A stretch of DNA of 20,000 nucleotides from an uncultured virus (IMG/VR IMGVR_UViG_3300013126_000020) (taxonomy: Duplodnaviria > Heunggongvirae > Uroviricota > Caudoviricetes): IMG/VR virus record IMGVR_UViG_3300013126_000020. One strand, written 5' to 3'. Position 1 is the stretch's first letter, and every line of letters starts with the position of its first letter. Below the pieces are notes generated by a model. That model saw nothing but the letters and a program-made list of their open reading frames with translations. It had not been told where the DNA came from and ran no database searches. The position numbers and the translations under genes are program-made. Of this stretch, positions 8,158 through 16,158 are shown piece after piece.

Positions 8158-8191
8158 AACCCCGCCGCAACCCGGCGGGGTTTTCCGTTTT
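8158..8191 (+). terminator. Intrinsic terminator after protease/scaffold
   Basis: Stem AACCCCGCCG / loop CAACC / CGGCGGGGTT followed by TTCCGTTTT. Confidence 0.88.
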
Positions 8192-8297
8192 CGTTATTTT
8201 CTCGACGCAGATCAATAAATGTAAATAATGGTATCCGCCCCGCGGATGTCCGGTACCAGCAAGGCAAGGAACATCGATCAGCCGAAAAGAGGCGCTC

Positions 8298-8441
8298 ATG
8301 TTTGACTTTAGCCAGTTTGAGATTCAGTCAGAGATACGCGAACTAAGGGAGTTGGGTCTAGATTCTGAAGAAATAGACGGATATATATGCTTCTTTTGGG
8401 ATTTCCCTATAGAAAGTGAGGAAGGTTATGGCAACAATTGA
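8298..8441 (+). CDS. Small acidic protein, 47 aa (MFDFSQFEIQSEIRELRELGLDSEEIDGYICFFWDFPIESEEGYGNN), absent from the ORF track
   Basis: GAGG RBS at 8289-8292. First ORF after the ATCAATAAAT motif. Its 3' end overlaps the next start (8428). Contains a protein-like helix-turn-helix segment, IRELRELGLDSEEIDGYI. Confidence 0.55.
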   Translation: MFDFSQFEIQSEIRELRELGLDSEEIDGYICFFWDFPIESEEGYGNN

Positions 8442-8637
8442 CATTGCAGACGAAATTGCAGCCGGCATGCAGCAGGCGATCAAAGAGAACTCACCAGCAC
8501 CAGAAGCTGGCTACTTCTCTGGCATTGCGCAGCAGCTCGCCGGCACTGCGAGCGAGCTTGATCAGGCCGGCAGCCCACTTGCTGGGAGGGTTGATGCGCT
8601 CCTCAACAACATGGTAAGCGTGCTAGGAGAAGACTGA
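8428..8637 (+). CDS. Small protein (69 aa) consisting mainly of an IADEIA N-terminal helix and an LD-x-x-G tag
   Basis: GAGGAAGG before ATG 8428. TGATG coupling to the next gene. Confidence 0.7.
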   Translation: MATIDIADEIAAGMQQAIKENSPAPEAGYFSGIAQQLAGTASELDQAGSPLAGRVDALLNNMVSVLGED

Positions 8638-9344
8638 TGCTTAGGCCAATTCATGTTGGTAGAAACTGGCCGACTCAGCGGCCTCTTGATCCAAATGCCA
8701 CCTTTTTGCCTGGCATGATTGGCCAGCACAAGCTTGTCGGTAATGAAATCGTACTAGGCGTCAGCGATGGCATTGCTCCATTCGGTATAATTGAAGACGT
8801 CAGGGAAGTTGCCCATGTGCGTCCGGTGATCGACGAAATTGTTCTTGTCACTCCCTCTGAGTCAGAGATTGATCTGAGCACCGGGGTGCCGCTACTTGCT
8901 GTTGACAAGATCGCATTCCTCAAAAATGCGAATATTCTGCAGTATAGTTTCGCCTCTGACATAGCAGGGGTAGAGCTAATCGCAGTGAATGGAGCAGTGA
9001 ACATCGTCGCTGGAACCGCACTGAATGCGCGCATCAGCCCTGTGTCTACGACTAATGACAGCGTAATGATACGCGCTAGGTATTCTTATTATGTGCCAAA
9101 TCGGCCGGGGGACGATTCCACGCTGGGCAGCAACAAGGTAACTGTTTGGCCAAACCCAAGCGGCTGCATTTTTGCTACTGATCAATACGAGACCGCCGTG
9201 CCTTATCCTCTAAATGCTGCACTTTATGTCAGCTCCGGTGGTCGGCTTACGAGCGAGCAGCTAATGGATTCCCAGCCAGCGGTGGCCATGGTGTGTGTGC
9301 CTCCTACGAGTGTAAACCCCATGCTTGAATTCATGTGGTTGTGA
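8637..9344 (+). CDS. Probable capsid decoration/cement-like structural protein (beta-rich), paralog of 15300..15974
   Basis: Beta-rich, Gly/Pro/Val-rich. Shares 'STLGSNKVTVW' / 'HTATASGKVTLW' and an upstream 'GIIED' / 'ALADE' with the gene preceding the MCP. Confidence 0.55.
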   Translation: MLRPIHVGRNWPTQRPLDPNATFLPGMIGQHKLVGNEIVLGVSDGIAPFGIIEDVREVAHVRPVIDEIVLVTPSESEIDLSTGVPLLAVDKIAFLKNANILQYSFASDIAGVELIAVNGAVNIVAGTALNARISPVSTTNDSVMIRARYSYYVPNRPGDDSTLGSNKVTVWPNPSGCIFATDQYETAVPYPLNAALYVSSGGRLTSEQLMDSQPAVAMVCVPPTSVNPMLEFMWL

Positions 9345-9351
9345 GGTTGAT

Positions 9352-9966
9352 ATGAATAAGAAATTGTCCCTGTTTGCAAGCATGTTTGAGGCCGATACGG
9401 GCATGGATATTCGTGACGAGTTTGTGTCTGCTTGGGCAGACGCACTCACGCAAAAGAATAACCAGCGCAACCGCAAATTTGTTGCAACAGATGTGGATAG
9501 CTGGCTCAAGACCATGCACGAGGAAATAGCCCAGTGCGATGAGTCGGCAACCGTGCGTGTATGGCTCGATGAGCTAAATGATCTTTTTTGTGTTTCGGTT
9601 GTTGATGCGTCGGGCTGCTCCGAGTTCTGCGTTGCCTCGCCACGCAATCCCAAGACGGAGACAGAGAAGCTCATTCTCGCCGTAATTAATGGCGGCCCGG
9701 AGGCAGAAGAGGCTTTCCGTGGTGCAGTGTTGAAGCTAAAGGGCGACAGCCCAGCTGAAACTGTTTCAGATACGAGAGAGAAGCGACTGGCGGATTCTGT
9801 CGTTGTTGTTGATGATGATGCGGATGATGATATGAGCGATGATGAGCTGGATGAGCTAGCGGACAAGTTGGATAAAACTGCCTCGCTGCTAGCTAATAAT
9901 CAATCTGCAGCGTATATGGTCGAATTAGCAGCCTCTCGTCTTCGAGAGATCAAAGCAGGTGAGTGA
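9352..9966 (+). CDS. Hypothetical acidic protein (204 aa)
   Basis: GAGGT RBS before ATG 9352 (the track uses TTG 9325). Asp-rich stretch near the C-terminus. Confidence 0.75.
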   Translation: MNKKLSLFASMFEADTGMDIRDEFVSAWADALTQKNNQRNRKFVATDVDSWLKTMHEEIAQCDESATVRVWLDELNDLFCVSVVDASGCSEFCVASPRNPKTETEKLILAVINGGPEAEEAFRGAVLKLKGDSPAETVSDTREKRLADSVVVVDDDADDDMSDDELDELADKLDKTASLLANNQSAAYMVELAASRLREIKAGE

Positions 9967-10355
9967 TGTCTAAGTTTGTGGATGTAGACGGTATACTGGC
10001 AGAAGTTCAAAAGAAGATGGCTGGTCAGACCACTATGCCAAAGAGCGTTTTCCGACAGGAAGAGGCCCGCGCAGATGTGGATATCCAGTCAGAGCTAAAC
10101 AAGCGTGCCGAGGCCTACTTCAGCGACATGCTTGATGATGTTCACAAGAAGTCGGTAAAGCTCGAGGGTATTGATGCTACGGTAATGACTGCCCAGGATC
10201 GCCAGGCTGTAGCCATGAAGATGCTTGACGCCGGCAAGCGCAAGAAGCTTGCTGCGGTTGCCGACCAGCTGCGAGTGGTAGCCGATCAGGCCGACGCCTC
10301 CGGACTTTTTAAGCAGGCCGCCTCGCTCCGCGAAGCTGCTGCAAAGCTTTCTTGA
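9963..10355 (+). CDS. Hypothetical probable internal head protein (about 130 aa) with the H..V..Q module and LD-x-x-G tag
   Basis: Overlaps the upstream stop (start GTG 9963 or ATG 9966). Shares segments with the scaffold C-terminal region and with other ORFs in the window. Confidence 0.75.
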   Translation: MMSKFVDVDGILAEVQKKMAGQTTMPKSVFRQEEARADVDIQSELNKRAEAYFSDMLDDVHKKSVKLEGIDATVMTAQDRQAVAMKMLDAGKRKKLAAVADQLRVVADQADASGLFKQAASLREAAAKLS

Positions 10356-10368
10356 TTAGGAGTTTGCC

Positions 10369-11121
10369 ATGAGCATCAGGAAAAAGAAGGCCGAAGCTAT
10401 TATCGGCGGACTCATGGTGGACCTGGCCGCCAGCGGGGCTTTTGACGCCCTTGCCATTGTACGCCATGCTAGCAGGCGTACCGGCACCGGGTCCACAGCT
10501 TTTGTTGTTGCGCCAGATGACCCCGCATGGGCCGACCTTTTTCGCGAGCTGAGCGTTGTCAAGAACACAGTTCCGATGCTGTCAGGAGCCGCAGAGAGAA
10601 ACGCGATCAGGCATCTTGAGTACGCAATTAAAAACCGCACAGCCGCTGTTCCCGCCCTGATAGAAGGCCTTGATCGGGCCATGGATAAAAATGCTGCCAA
10701 CTACGACGATATTCAAGTGGCCAAGGACGCCATTGCCAAGATGAAAATTGCCGCCAAGAGGATTGGCGGCCCGGCAATGTCACAGGATGGCGGCGGTGCT
10801 GGCGCGGCAGAAAAGGCATTTGACGAGTACATAACAAAGGGCGCTAAAGAGCTTGAAGCCTTTTTTGCCAAGTATCAGATAGAGGATGATCCTAAGGGTG
10901 AATACTGGAGTGAGCCACACTTCAATATTGCCAAGAGCCTTCTGCTAGATGATTTAAAAGTCCAGAGGCTTGTGTCTCACTACAATAAGAAAGACGATGC
11001 CAAGGCCAAGCTCATTGCCCGACCAGACTTTCCACAGGGAGCTTTTGAGCTGTATAAGCACGTTTCAGCCCAGATAAAAAAAGCTTCATCTGAACTAGAT
11101 AAACTCCCCTCGCGTATATAA
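10369..11121 (+). CDS. Hypothetical protein (250 aa)
   Basis: AGGAG RBS. Fills the operon. Confidence 0.8.
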   Translation: MSIRKKKAEAIIGGLMVDLAASGAFDALAIVRHASRRTGTGSTAFVVAPDDPAWADLFRELSVVKNTVPMLSGAAERNAIRHLEYAIKNRTAAVPALIEGLDRAMDKNAANYDDIQVAKDAIAKMKIAAKRIGGPAMSQDGGGAGAAEKAFDEYITKGAKELEAFFAKYQIEDDPKGEYWSEPHFNIAKSLLLDDLKVQRLVSHYNKKDDAKAKLIARPDFPQGAFELYKHVSAQIKKASSELDKLPSRI

Positions 11122-11130
11122 GGAGATGGC

Positions 11131-12300
11131 ATGGTACTCAGCTTAACCTCTATTCCAGCAACTCCTGAGGCCTCTTCCAAAGGCCTCGCCTCTCCATCTC
11201 GTGTTGGCCGGGGACGGCCGCTAGGGACTGATTATGTCTTTGCCCTGCAAAAGGCCCTGAGGAAGCAGGATCCCAATATTGACCTTGGAAAAACAGGGCC
11301 TGAGAAAGATGGAGTAGACGGACTCTACGGCAACAAGACTCGCGAAGCTGTCAAGGCAGTCGCAAAGAAACTTGGAGTCGATAATCCTCTTGACAATTCC
11401 GGCCGCCCCAGCGCAGAGATGAACGCGAAGCTTGGCCTAGCCAATCCGCCGCCCAAGACCTCCGCACCAAGCGCTCCGCCAACACCTGCGCCTCCTGCTG
11501 ACAAAGGAGCAAAGACTCCCGCTTCCGAAAACGAAGACAAGGGTGTTCTAAATCAATTCACGCTATCAGACGGCACAGTGTTCCTGATGGTCCCCTTTTT
11601 GCGCGGTTTCCCAAGAGGAGGCCTAACCCTAGAGGATGAGCCTTGGGCTGCCGCTCAGGCCTTGCGTCAGATGCAGTATGCCCTTGAATCAGGCGGTTTA
11701 ACGGTAGAGAATAAGCTGCCGAAAAGCTTCCAAGGCATATTCACCATTGAGGAATACGATAACTACATGGACGAGGTCCGCAAGACTGTCCTAGAGATAC
11801 AGACAAAATGCAGACTTGTTGCAAATTCTTTTATAGCCGCAGTCAATCGCAGACGAAAGGAGCTTGGACTGCCGCCAGCAAGCAAACCGGCCACCGAGGG
11901 GACCAAAGACGAGGTCTACCATCTCGAATTAGCCTACTGGAACGGTGCTCTAGCTGGGGTTAGCATTGCCACTAGTGCTCAGGCGATACTGAGCACTAAA
12001 CTCCTGCAGTTTATCAGGGGAACAAGACGGCAGCTACTGCAGCTTCTAAAGGACTCTGCTGATGTTAACCCGCTCTTTGGAGACCCCGGGCTAAACGAGA
12101 CCGCCGCCAAGGAGATCGGTAGCATAATTGAGAGCACCGCAACTGAGCTAGCCAGGCAAATAGACCCAGCTGACTCTGCATATTACTTCACATTCAACAA
12201 AGACCTTCCGGAGATGAAAAGCAGGCTGCAAAAGGTGCTGACAGATGGCGCCACAGTGCAGAAAATTAGGCGAGCTATTATCAGTCAGGCCCAGGCCTAG
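11131..12300 (+). CDS. Protein with an N-terminal peptidoglycan-binding (PG_binding_1-like) domain, Pro-rich linker and helical C-terminal domain
   Basis: AAGGAG RBS. 'V.ALQ.AL......DGVDGLYGNKTREAVK' matches the PGBD signature DG-x-(F/Y)-G-x-x-T-x-x-A-V (about 11230-11361). Confidence 0.75.
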   Translation: MVLSLTSIPATPEASSKGLASPSRVGRGRPLGTDYVFALQKALRKQDPNIDLGKTGPEKDGVDGLYGNKTREAVKAVAKKLGVDNPLDNSGRPSAEMNAKLGLANPPPKTSAPSAPPTPAPPADKGAKTPASENEDKGVLNQFTLSDGTVFLMVPFLRGFPRGGLTLEDEPWAAAQALRQMQYALESGGLTVENKLPKSFQGIFTIEEYDNYMDEVRKTVLEIQTKCRLVANSFIAAVNRRRKELGLPPASKPATEGTKDEVYHLELAYWNGALAGVSIATSAQAILSTKLLQFIRGTRRQLLQLLKDSADVNPLFGDPGLNETAAKEIGSIIESTATELARQIDPADSAYYFTFNKDLPEMKSRLQKVLTDGATVQKIRRAIISQAQA

Positions 12301-12334
12301 GGCGTAATTTTACTTGCAGCTTGGTAGAGGAAAG

Positions 12335-13429
12335 ATGAACATCATCAAGACTTGGGAAGAATATAAAAAATCAGATCACAGGGTACCAGAGTTCGACCGA
12401 GCTCTGGCAGGCTTTGCTGACGCCCTTGGCATCGACAAGGATCGCGCCATAGATACCATTTCCAAGCTCGTAAGCCAAGATCCATCCCTCGCCCGCACAT
12501 CTTCGTCTGCATTTCCCCTGATCAAGTCTGCGAACTCCGCCGCTACTGATGCAGTGAACGATATCCTTGGCTTCCTGAAAGCGCTAGAAGGAACAGATGA
12601 TGATGCCATTCAGGCTGCCCGGGCGCAAGTAGACGGAATACTGACCGGAGACGACCTGGGTCGCAAAAAGGCTCTGCATGAGGCCATAGGTATACATAAG
12701 ACGATTTATCCAAAACCGGGTTTTGCGCAAAAGCTAAGTACGTCATCGCTAAGGCCTCTTACCGACCTTCTTTCAAAGGGGCCCGAGAGCCTCTCCGACC
12801 TTAAATACATCAAGGGGATGTGGAAGACTGAGGGCCATCTTCAAAGTGTGATAAAAAAGCTTCTTGATGCAGCTGCCGATGGCGACCAGGATGCAATAGA
12901 TGATTTCGTAGAGATGTCTAAGACAGGCAGGGGAAAGGAGTATCTGGCGGGCGTGGATAAAAATACTCTCGCCGAAAAGATTACAAGCATATCCCGTCGT
13001 GCTCCAGGCAGGATAAATACAAGAGATATAATGAAGGCCCACGAAGTCGTTGGTCGCAGTCTTGCCTCCGCTGCCGCCCGTGCAGCGGACCCTGATCGCC
13101 TCTGGAATATATTGGGCGACACCTTTGGCAGGCACAGAACCGTCATGGATCGCCTTCGCGCGGTATGGCGTGCAACAAAATTCTTGCCAGGTATACTTAA
13201 ATTCGTAGTTGTTCCAGGAGCTCTCATTGGCGGAGCAGCGTACGGTGTCAACAAGGCCTACGAGGGTATTAAGGAATTTTTCGGCGACACTGGTACAGAC
13301 GCCTCCACGCCCACGGGCGCAAGTGGTCCCGGAGGAACCTCCGCTGCCCATGGCTCCCCTGCCGCTGGTATCGGAACTGTCGCAGATCGAGTTCGCGGAG
13401 AGCTGCAAAAAATCTACTCAAAAGAGTAA
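12335..13429 (+). CDS. Hypothetical protein (364 aa) with a C-terminal hydrophobic/Gly-rich helix; candidate internal virion/ejection protein
   Basis: GAGG RBS before ATG 12335 (the track uses TTG 12314). FLPGILKFVVVPGALIGGAAYGV segment. Confidence 0.7.
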   Translation: MNIIKTWEEYKKSDHRVPEFDRALAGFADALGIDKDRAIDTISKLVSQDPSLARTSSSAFPLIKSANSAATDAVNDILGFLKALEGTDDDAIQAARAQVDGILTGDDLGRKKALHEAIGIHKTIYPKPGFAQKLSTSSLRPLTDLLSKGPESLSDLKYIKGMWKTEGHLQSVIKKLLDAAADGDQDAIDDFVEMSKTGRGKEYLAGVDKNTLAEKITSISRRAPGRINTRDIMKAHEVVGRSLASAAARAADPDRLWNILGDTFGRHRTVMDRLRAVWRATKFLPGILKFVVVPGALIGGAAYGVNKAYEGIKEFFGDTGTDASTPTGASGPGGTSAAHGSPAAGIGTVADRVRGELQKIYSKE

Positions 13430-13464
13430 AGATATACTCTACAAAGGCTAGTGAAGAGGTACAA

Positions 13465-15174
13465 ATGACGATTGCCGATGAAATTGCAAAAGAGTTTGCC
13501 AAAAATCTGGCAGATAAGCGAGCCGCAGCGCGCCAGCGGCTCGTTGCCGCTGCCGCCGACACAGAGAAGGCAATCCGTGAAAAGCGCCCGCGCAAAAGCG
13601 ATGAAAAATCAATCATAGAGGAGGCCCACCCGGGCGAGGTTTTCGTTGCAGAGTCCGACGGCCTAGGGGGCATGGTTGGAAATCCAGAGCAGGTTCATGA
13701 GCAGATTCTCAATGCGCTGAACCGCCGTCCATCCGCCTTCCCCTATCAGGGTCTTGTTGCTAACGCAATGCTGGACTTCGAGAAGACTGCTGAGACGCTC
13801 GAGTCGCACGACCTACATGACGAAGCCGATGCTGTGCGAAAAATCGCGCAGGATTTGCTTGCGGTGTTGCAAAGGCGAGCGCAACTAGGCTCCACGACTC
13901 CGGGAGGAGTTACAGAGCCCGAGATTCTTGATCCAGATCCCGATCAGACGCAGTCATCAAAGATACACAAGGCACCTGATATACAGGAAGCCGAATTAGT
14001 ATCGGGGGAGGGTCGGACGACAAGTCAAACGTCGACCAAAGCCACATCTCGCGACAATAGCGGCGTCGTATCCAAAAGTATCGAACAAACATCAAAAAAT
14101 GCAAAAAAGGCGGGCGGCGCCCTTAGTAAGATAAAGGGATTTGGAGGAAAAATTCTGGGCCCAATAGGACTGGTGATATCTGCGTGGGACATCATAGACT
14201 CCGCCAGGAGTGGTGACTGGGCCTCCATCTGGACCACTGCCGGTGGCGCAGCAATTGGTGCGGCTGCGGCTGCGGCGGGCGTAACTGCGGCACCGGCACT
14301 AATTGCCGCCGGCGTAGGCACTGCCGTGGCAGATGGGATTAGCGCAGCCTTGACTGCCACTGCTCAGGATGGGATAGGCGTAGATCTAGCCGAGCTTGCA
14401 GCGGACATTGAATCAGAAGTTGCCGATGATTCTTACGACCCTGCCGCTTACACAGATCCGGTTAAAAAGGAGAAGGCAGAAGTTGCTCGCAAGGCTCTGG
14501 AGGCCATGCGCGAGCGGATAAACAGCATATTGCTAGCCAGGAAGACATTGGAGCGCGAGGCCGGAAAGGGAGAGCAGATGGATCCCGGCACTGTAGGAGT
14601 TGCTGTCGCCAGTATCGCCGAGAACAACAGGGCACTGGGAGAGGCATTTGCGCAATTCGAGAAGGCGGGCAGCGAACTTGACCTGTCTTTCCTTCGTGAC
14701 ACACTTGGCTTTGGATTTCCGAAGATCAAGAATCGCATTTCAGATGTTAATGAATCAGTTTCAGAGTTTGAAAATGCGATGGAGGAGCTCTACACCAAGA
14801 TCAAACCTCAGGTCGACACTATTCGCAGCCAACTAGAGGACCAGGAAAGGCGCGCATCACAGTTGATGAAGGATATTTCATCTGGAGCTGCCACTGGGTA
14901 CGGGGTAAGGACCGAGCTCGGTCTTCCTACAAAGCTAAAGAGCGACGTAGACAACCCTGATCACGTAAAGGAAGTCCAGGGTTTTCTGGGAGTGCGAGAG
15001 ACCGGCAAGTGGGATGATACGACGATGGACAAGATTCGCAAGATACGCAACCGCTGGATTGGTTTTCACATCGATATGGCCAAGCACGTCACAGAGGACA
15101 TTCTTAAGGCCTCTACTAGGAAAGAGCTGGAGGATCTTGAGCAACTTTGGCAGAACAGGTACGCAGGCAACTGA
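13465..15174 (+). CDS. 569-aa multidomain protein: IADEIA N-terminus, AHP module, LD-x-x-G-like tag, Gly/Ala-rich hydrophobic hairpin, coiled coil, C-terminal PGBD-like segment; candidate ejection protein
   Basis: GAGGT RBS. Hydrophobic stretch ILGPIGLVISAW...TAGGAAIGAAAAAAGVTAAPALIAAGVGTAV. C-terminal 'VKEVQGFLGVRETGKWDDTT' resembles a PG-binding helix-loop. Confidence 0.7.
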   Translation: MTIADEIAKEFAKNLADKRAAARQRLVAAAADTEKAIREKRPRKSDEKSIIEEAHPGEVFVAESDGLGGMVGNPEQVHEQILNALNRRPSAFPYQGLVANAMLDFEKTAETLESHDLHDEADAVRKIAQDLLAVLQRRAQLGSTTPGGVTEPEILDPDPDQTQSSKIHKAPDIQEAELVSGEGRTTSQTSTKATSRDNSGVVSKSIEQTSKNAKKAGGALSKIKGFGGKILGPIGLVISAWDIIDSARSGDWASIWTTAGGAAIGAAAAAAGVTAAPALIAAGVGTAVADGISAALTATAQDGIGVDLAELAADIESEVADDSYDPAAYTDPVKKEKAEVARKALEAMRERINSILLARKTLEREAGKGEQMDPGTVGVAVASIAENNRALGEAFAQFEKAGSELDLSFLRDTLGFGFPKIKNRISDVNESVSEFENAMEELYTKIKPQVDTIRSQLEDQERRASQLMKDISSGAATGYGVRTELGLPTKLKSDVDNPDHVKEVQGFLGVRETGKWDDTTMDKIRKIRNRWIGFHIDMAKHVTEDILKASTRKELEDLEQLWQNRYAGN

Positions 15175-15299
15175 GGGAATGTCGGCAGCCACTGCATCAC
15201 ATTTTTTCATCTGACAACTAATAAAGAGTGTAATATGTGATGTTTTAGGGGTCAAGACGCAGTCTGGCCACTCCAAACTAAATAAGTGAGGTAATTACA

Positions 15300-15974
15300 A
15301 TGGCTCTATATCCTGTTCAGCCCGGCATCCAGCCGCTTGGCCTTTTTGATGTTCTTGACACCGAGCTCGCCGCCCTAAAGGGTGGTGAGGTCATGACCCT
15401 CGGCACCGCTCCCGTGGTCAACACCAGCACCGAGACCGCCGCTCCCGACGTTCTCGACGGCTACCACCTTAACGCGGCAGCCACCCGCCCCGTTGCGCAG
15501 CTCGCTGCGTCCGGCGCGGCGTTCGTTGCCCTTGCCGACGAGGGCACCGGCCCCGACTACTTCACCATGCTCGGCACGGTCGTCGGCGGCAAGGCCGGCC
15601 TCGTCGTTAGCGCTGGCGCCGTACTCGGCCCACACACCGCGACTGCCTCAGGCAAGGTTACCCTCTGGGACAAGCCCGGTCTCTATGAGGTTACCCTTGA
15701 CTCGATGGCCGGCGACTTTGTCAGCTCGCTCACCAGCAGCGGCCTCACCCCCGGTGTCGTCGTCGGCTTCGGCAGCGGCGCAGACAAGGGCAAGCTTGCT
15801 CACAATGGCTGCGCGAACAAGGTTGCCAGCTCAGGCTGCGCGATCTTTGTCGAGTTCGCTCACTCGCAGAGCCTTGTCACCACCCCCGCCTACCTGACCG
15901 GCGCGACCCAGACGTTTGATCGCGTCAAGGTCATGTTCCTCGGTTCAGCTGGCGCCGGCAAGGCCCTGACCTGA
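15300..15974 (+). CDS. Probable major head decoration/cement protein (224 aa)
   Basis: GAGGT RBS. Immediately upstream of the MCP. Gly/Ala/Thr/Val-rich. Same strong C-ending codon bias as the MCP. Has its own terminator. Confidence 0.65.
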   Translation: MALYPVQPGIQPLGLFDVLDTELAALKGGEVMTLGTAPVVNTSTETAAPDVLDGYHLNAAATRPVAQLAASGAAFVALADEGTGPDYFTMLGTVVGGKAGLVVSAGAVLGPHTATASGKVTLWDKPGLYEVTLDSMAGDFVSSLTSSGLTPGVVVGFGSGADKGKLAHNGCANKVASSGCAIFVEFAHSQSLVTTPAYLTGATQTFDRVKVMFLGSAGAGKALT

Positions 15975-15995
15975 TAGCAACCTAGGAGTTGCCTG

Positions 15996-16026
15996 AAGAG
16001 ACCGCTTCGGCGGTCTTTTCTTTTTT
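15996..16026 (+). terminator. Intrinsic terminator with a C(UUCG)G tetraloop
   Basis: AAGAGACCGC-TTCG-GCGGTCTTTT followed by CTTTTTT. Confidence 0.92.
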
Positions 16027-16029
16027 GCA

Positions 16030-16099
16030 CTATTAATTCTGCTAGCCCTTATCATACGCAGCCTATTAATTCTGTAGGTGTTTAGCGTAATTAATTTTG
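16030..16099 (+). promoter_or_regulatory. Triplicated ATTAATT motif upstream of the MCP (candidate tandem late promoters or operator sites)
   Basis: CTATTAATTCTG exactly at 16030-16041 and 16063-16074, plus a 9/12 match, TAATTAATTTTG, at 16088-16099. Lies between a terminator and the MCP RBS. Confidence 0.6.
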
Positions 16100-16158
16100 G
16101 TGACTACGTGTCCCCAAAGTGCAAGTAAGAGTAAGTTAAGTTCACTTCGGAGAAAACA

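Noticed and set aside
8229..8258. Hairpin ATCCGC-CCC-GCGGAT in the leader after the scaffold terminator, considered as ncRNA/tRNA
   Set aside because: Only a 6-bp stem, no cloverleaf or known RNA motif.
13465..15174. Tape measure protein
   Set aside because: Has TMP-like Gly/Ala helices, but it is short, lies in the head module with no tail tube/chaperone genes nearby, and carries head-module tags.
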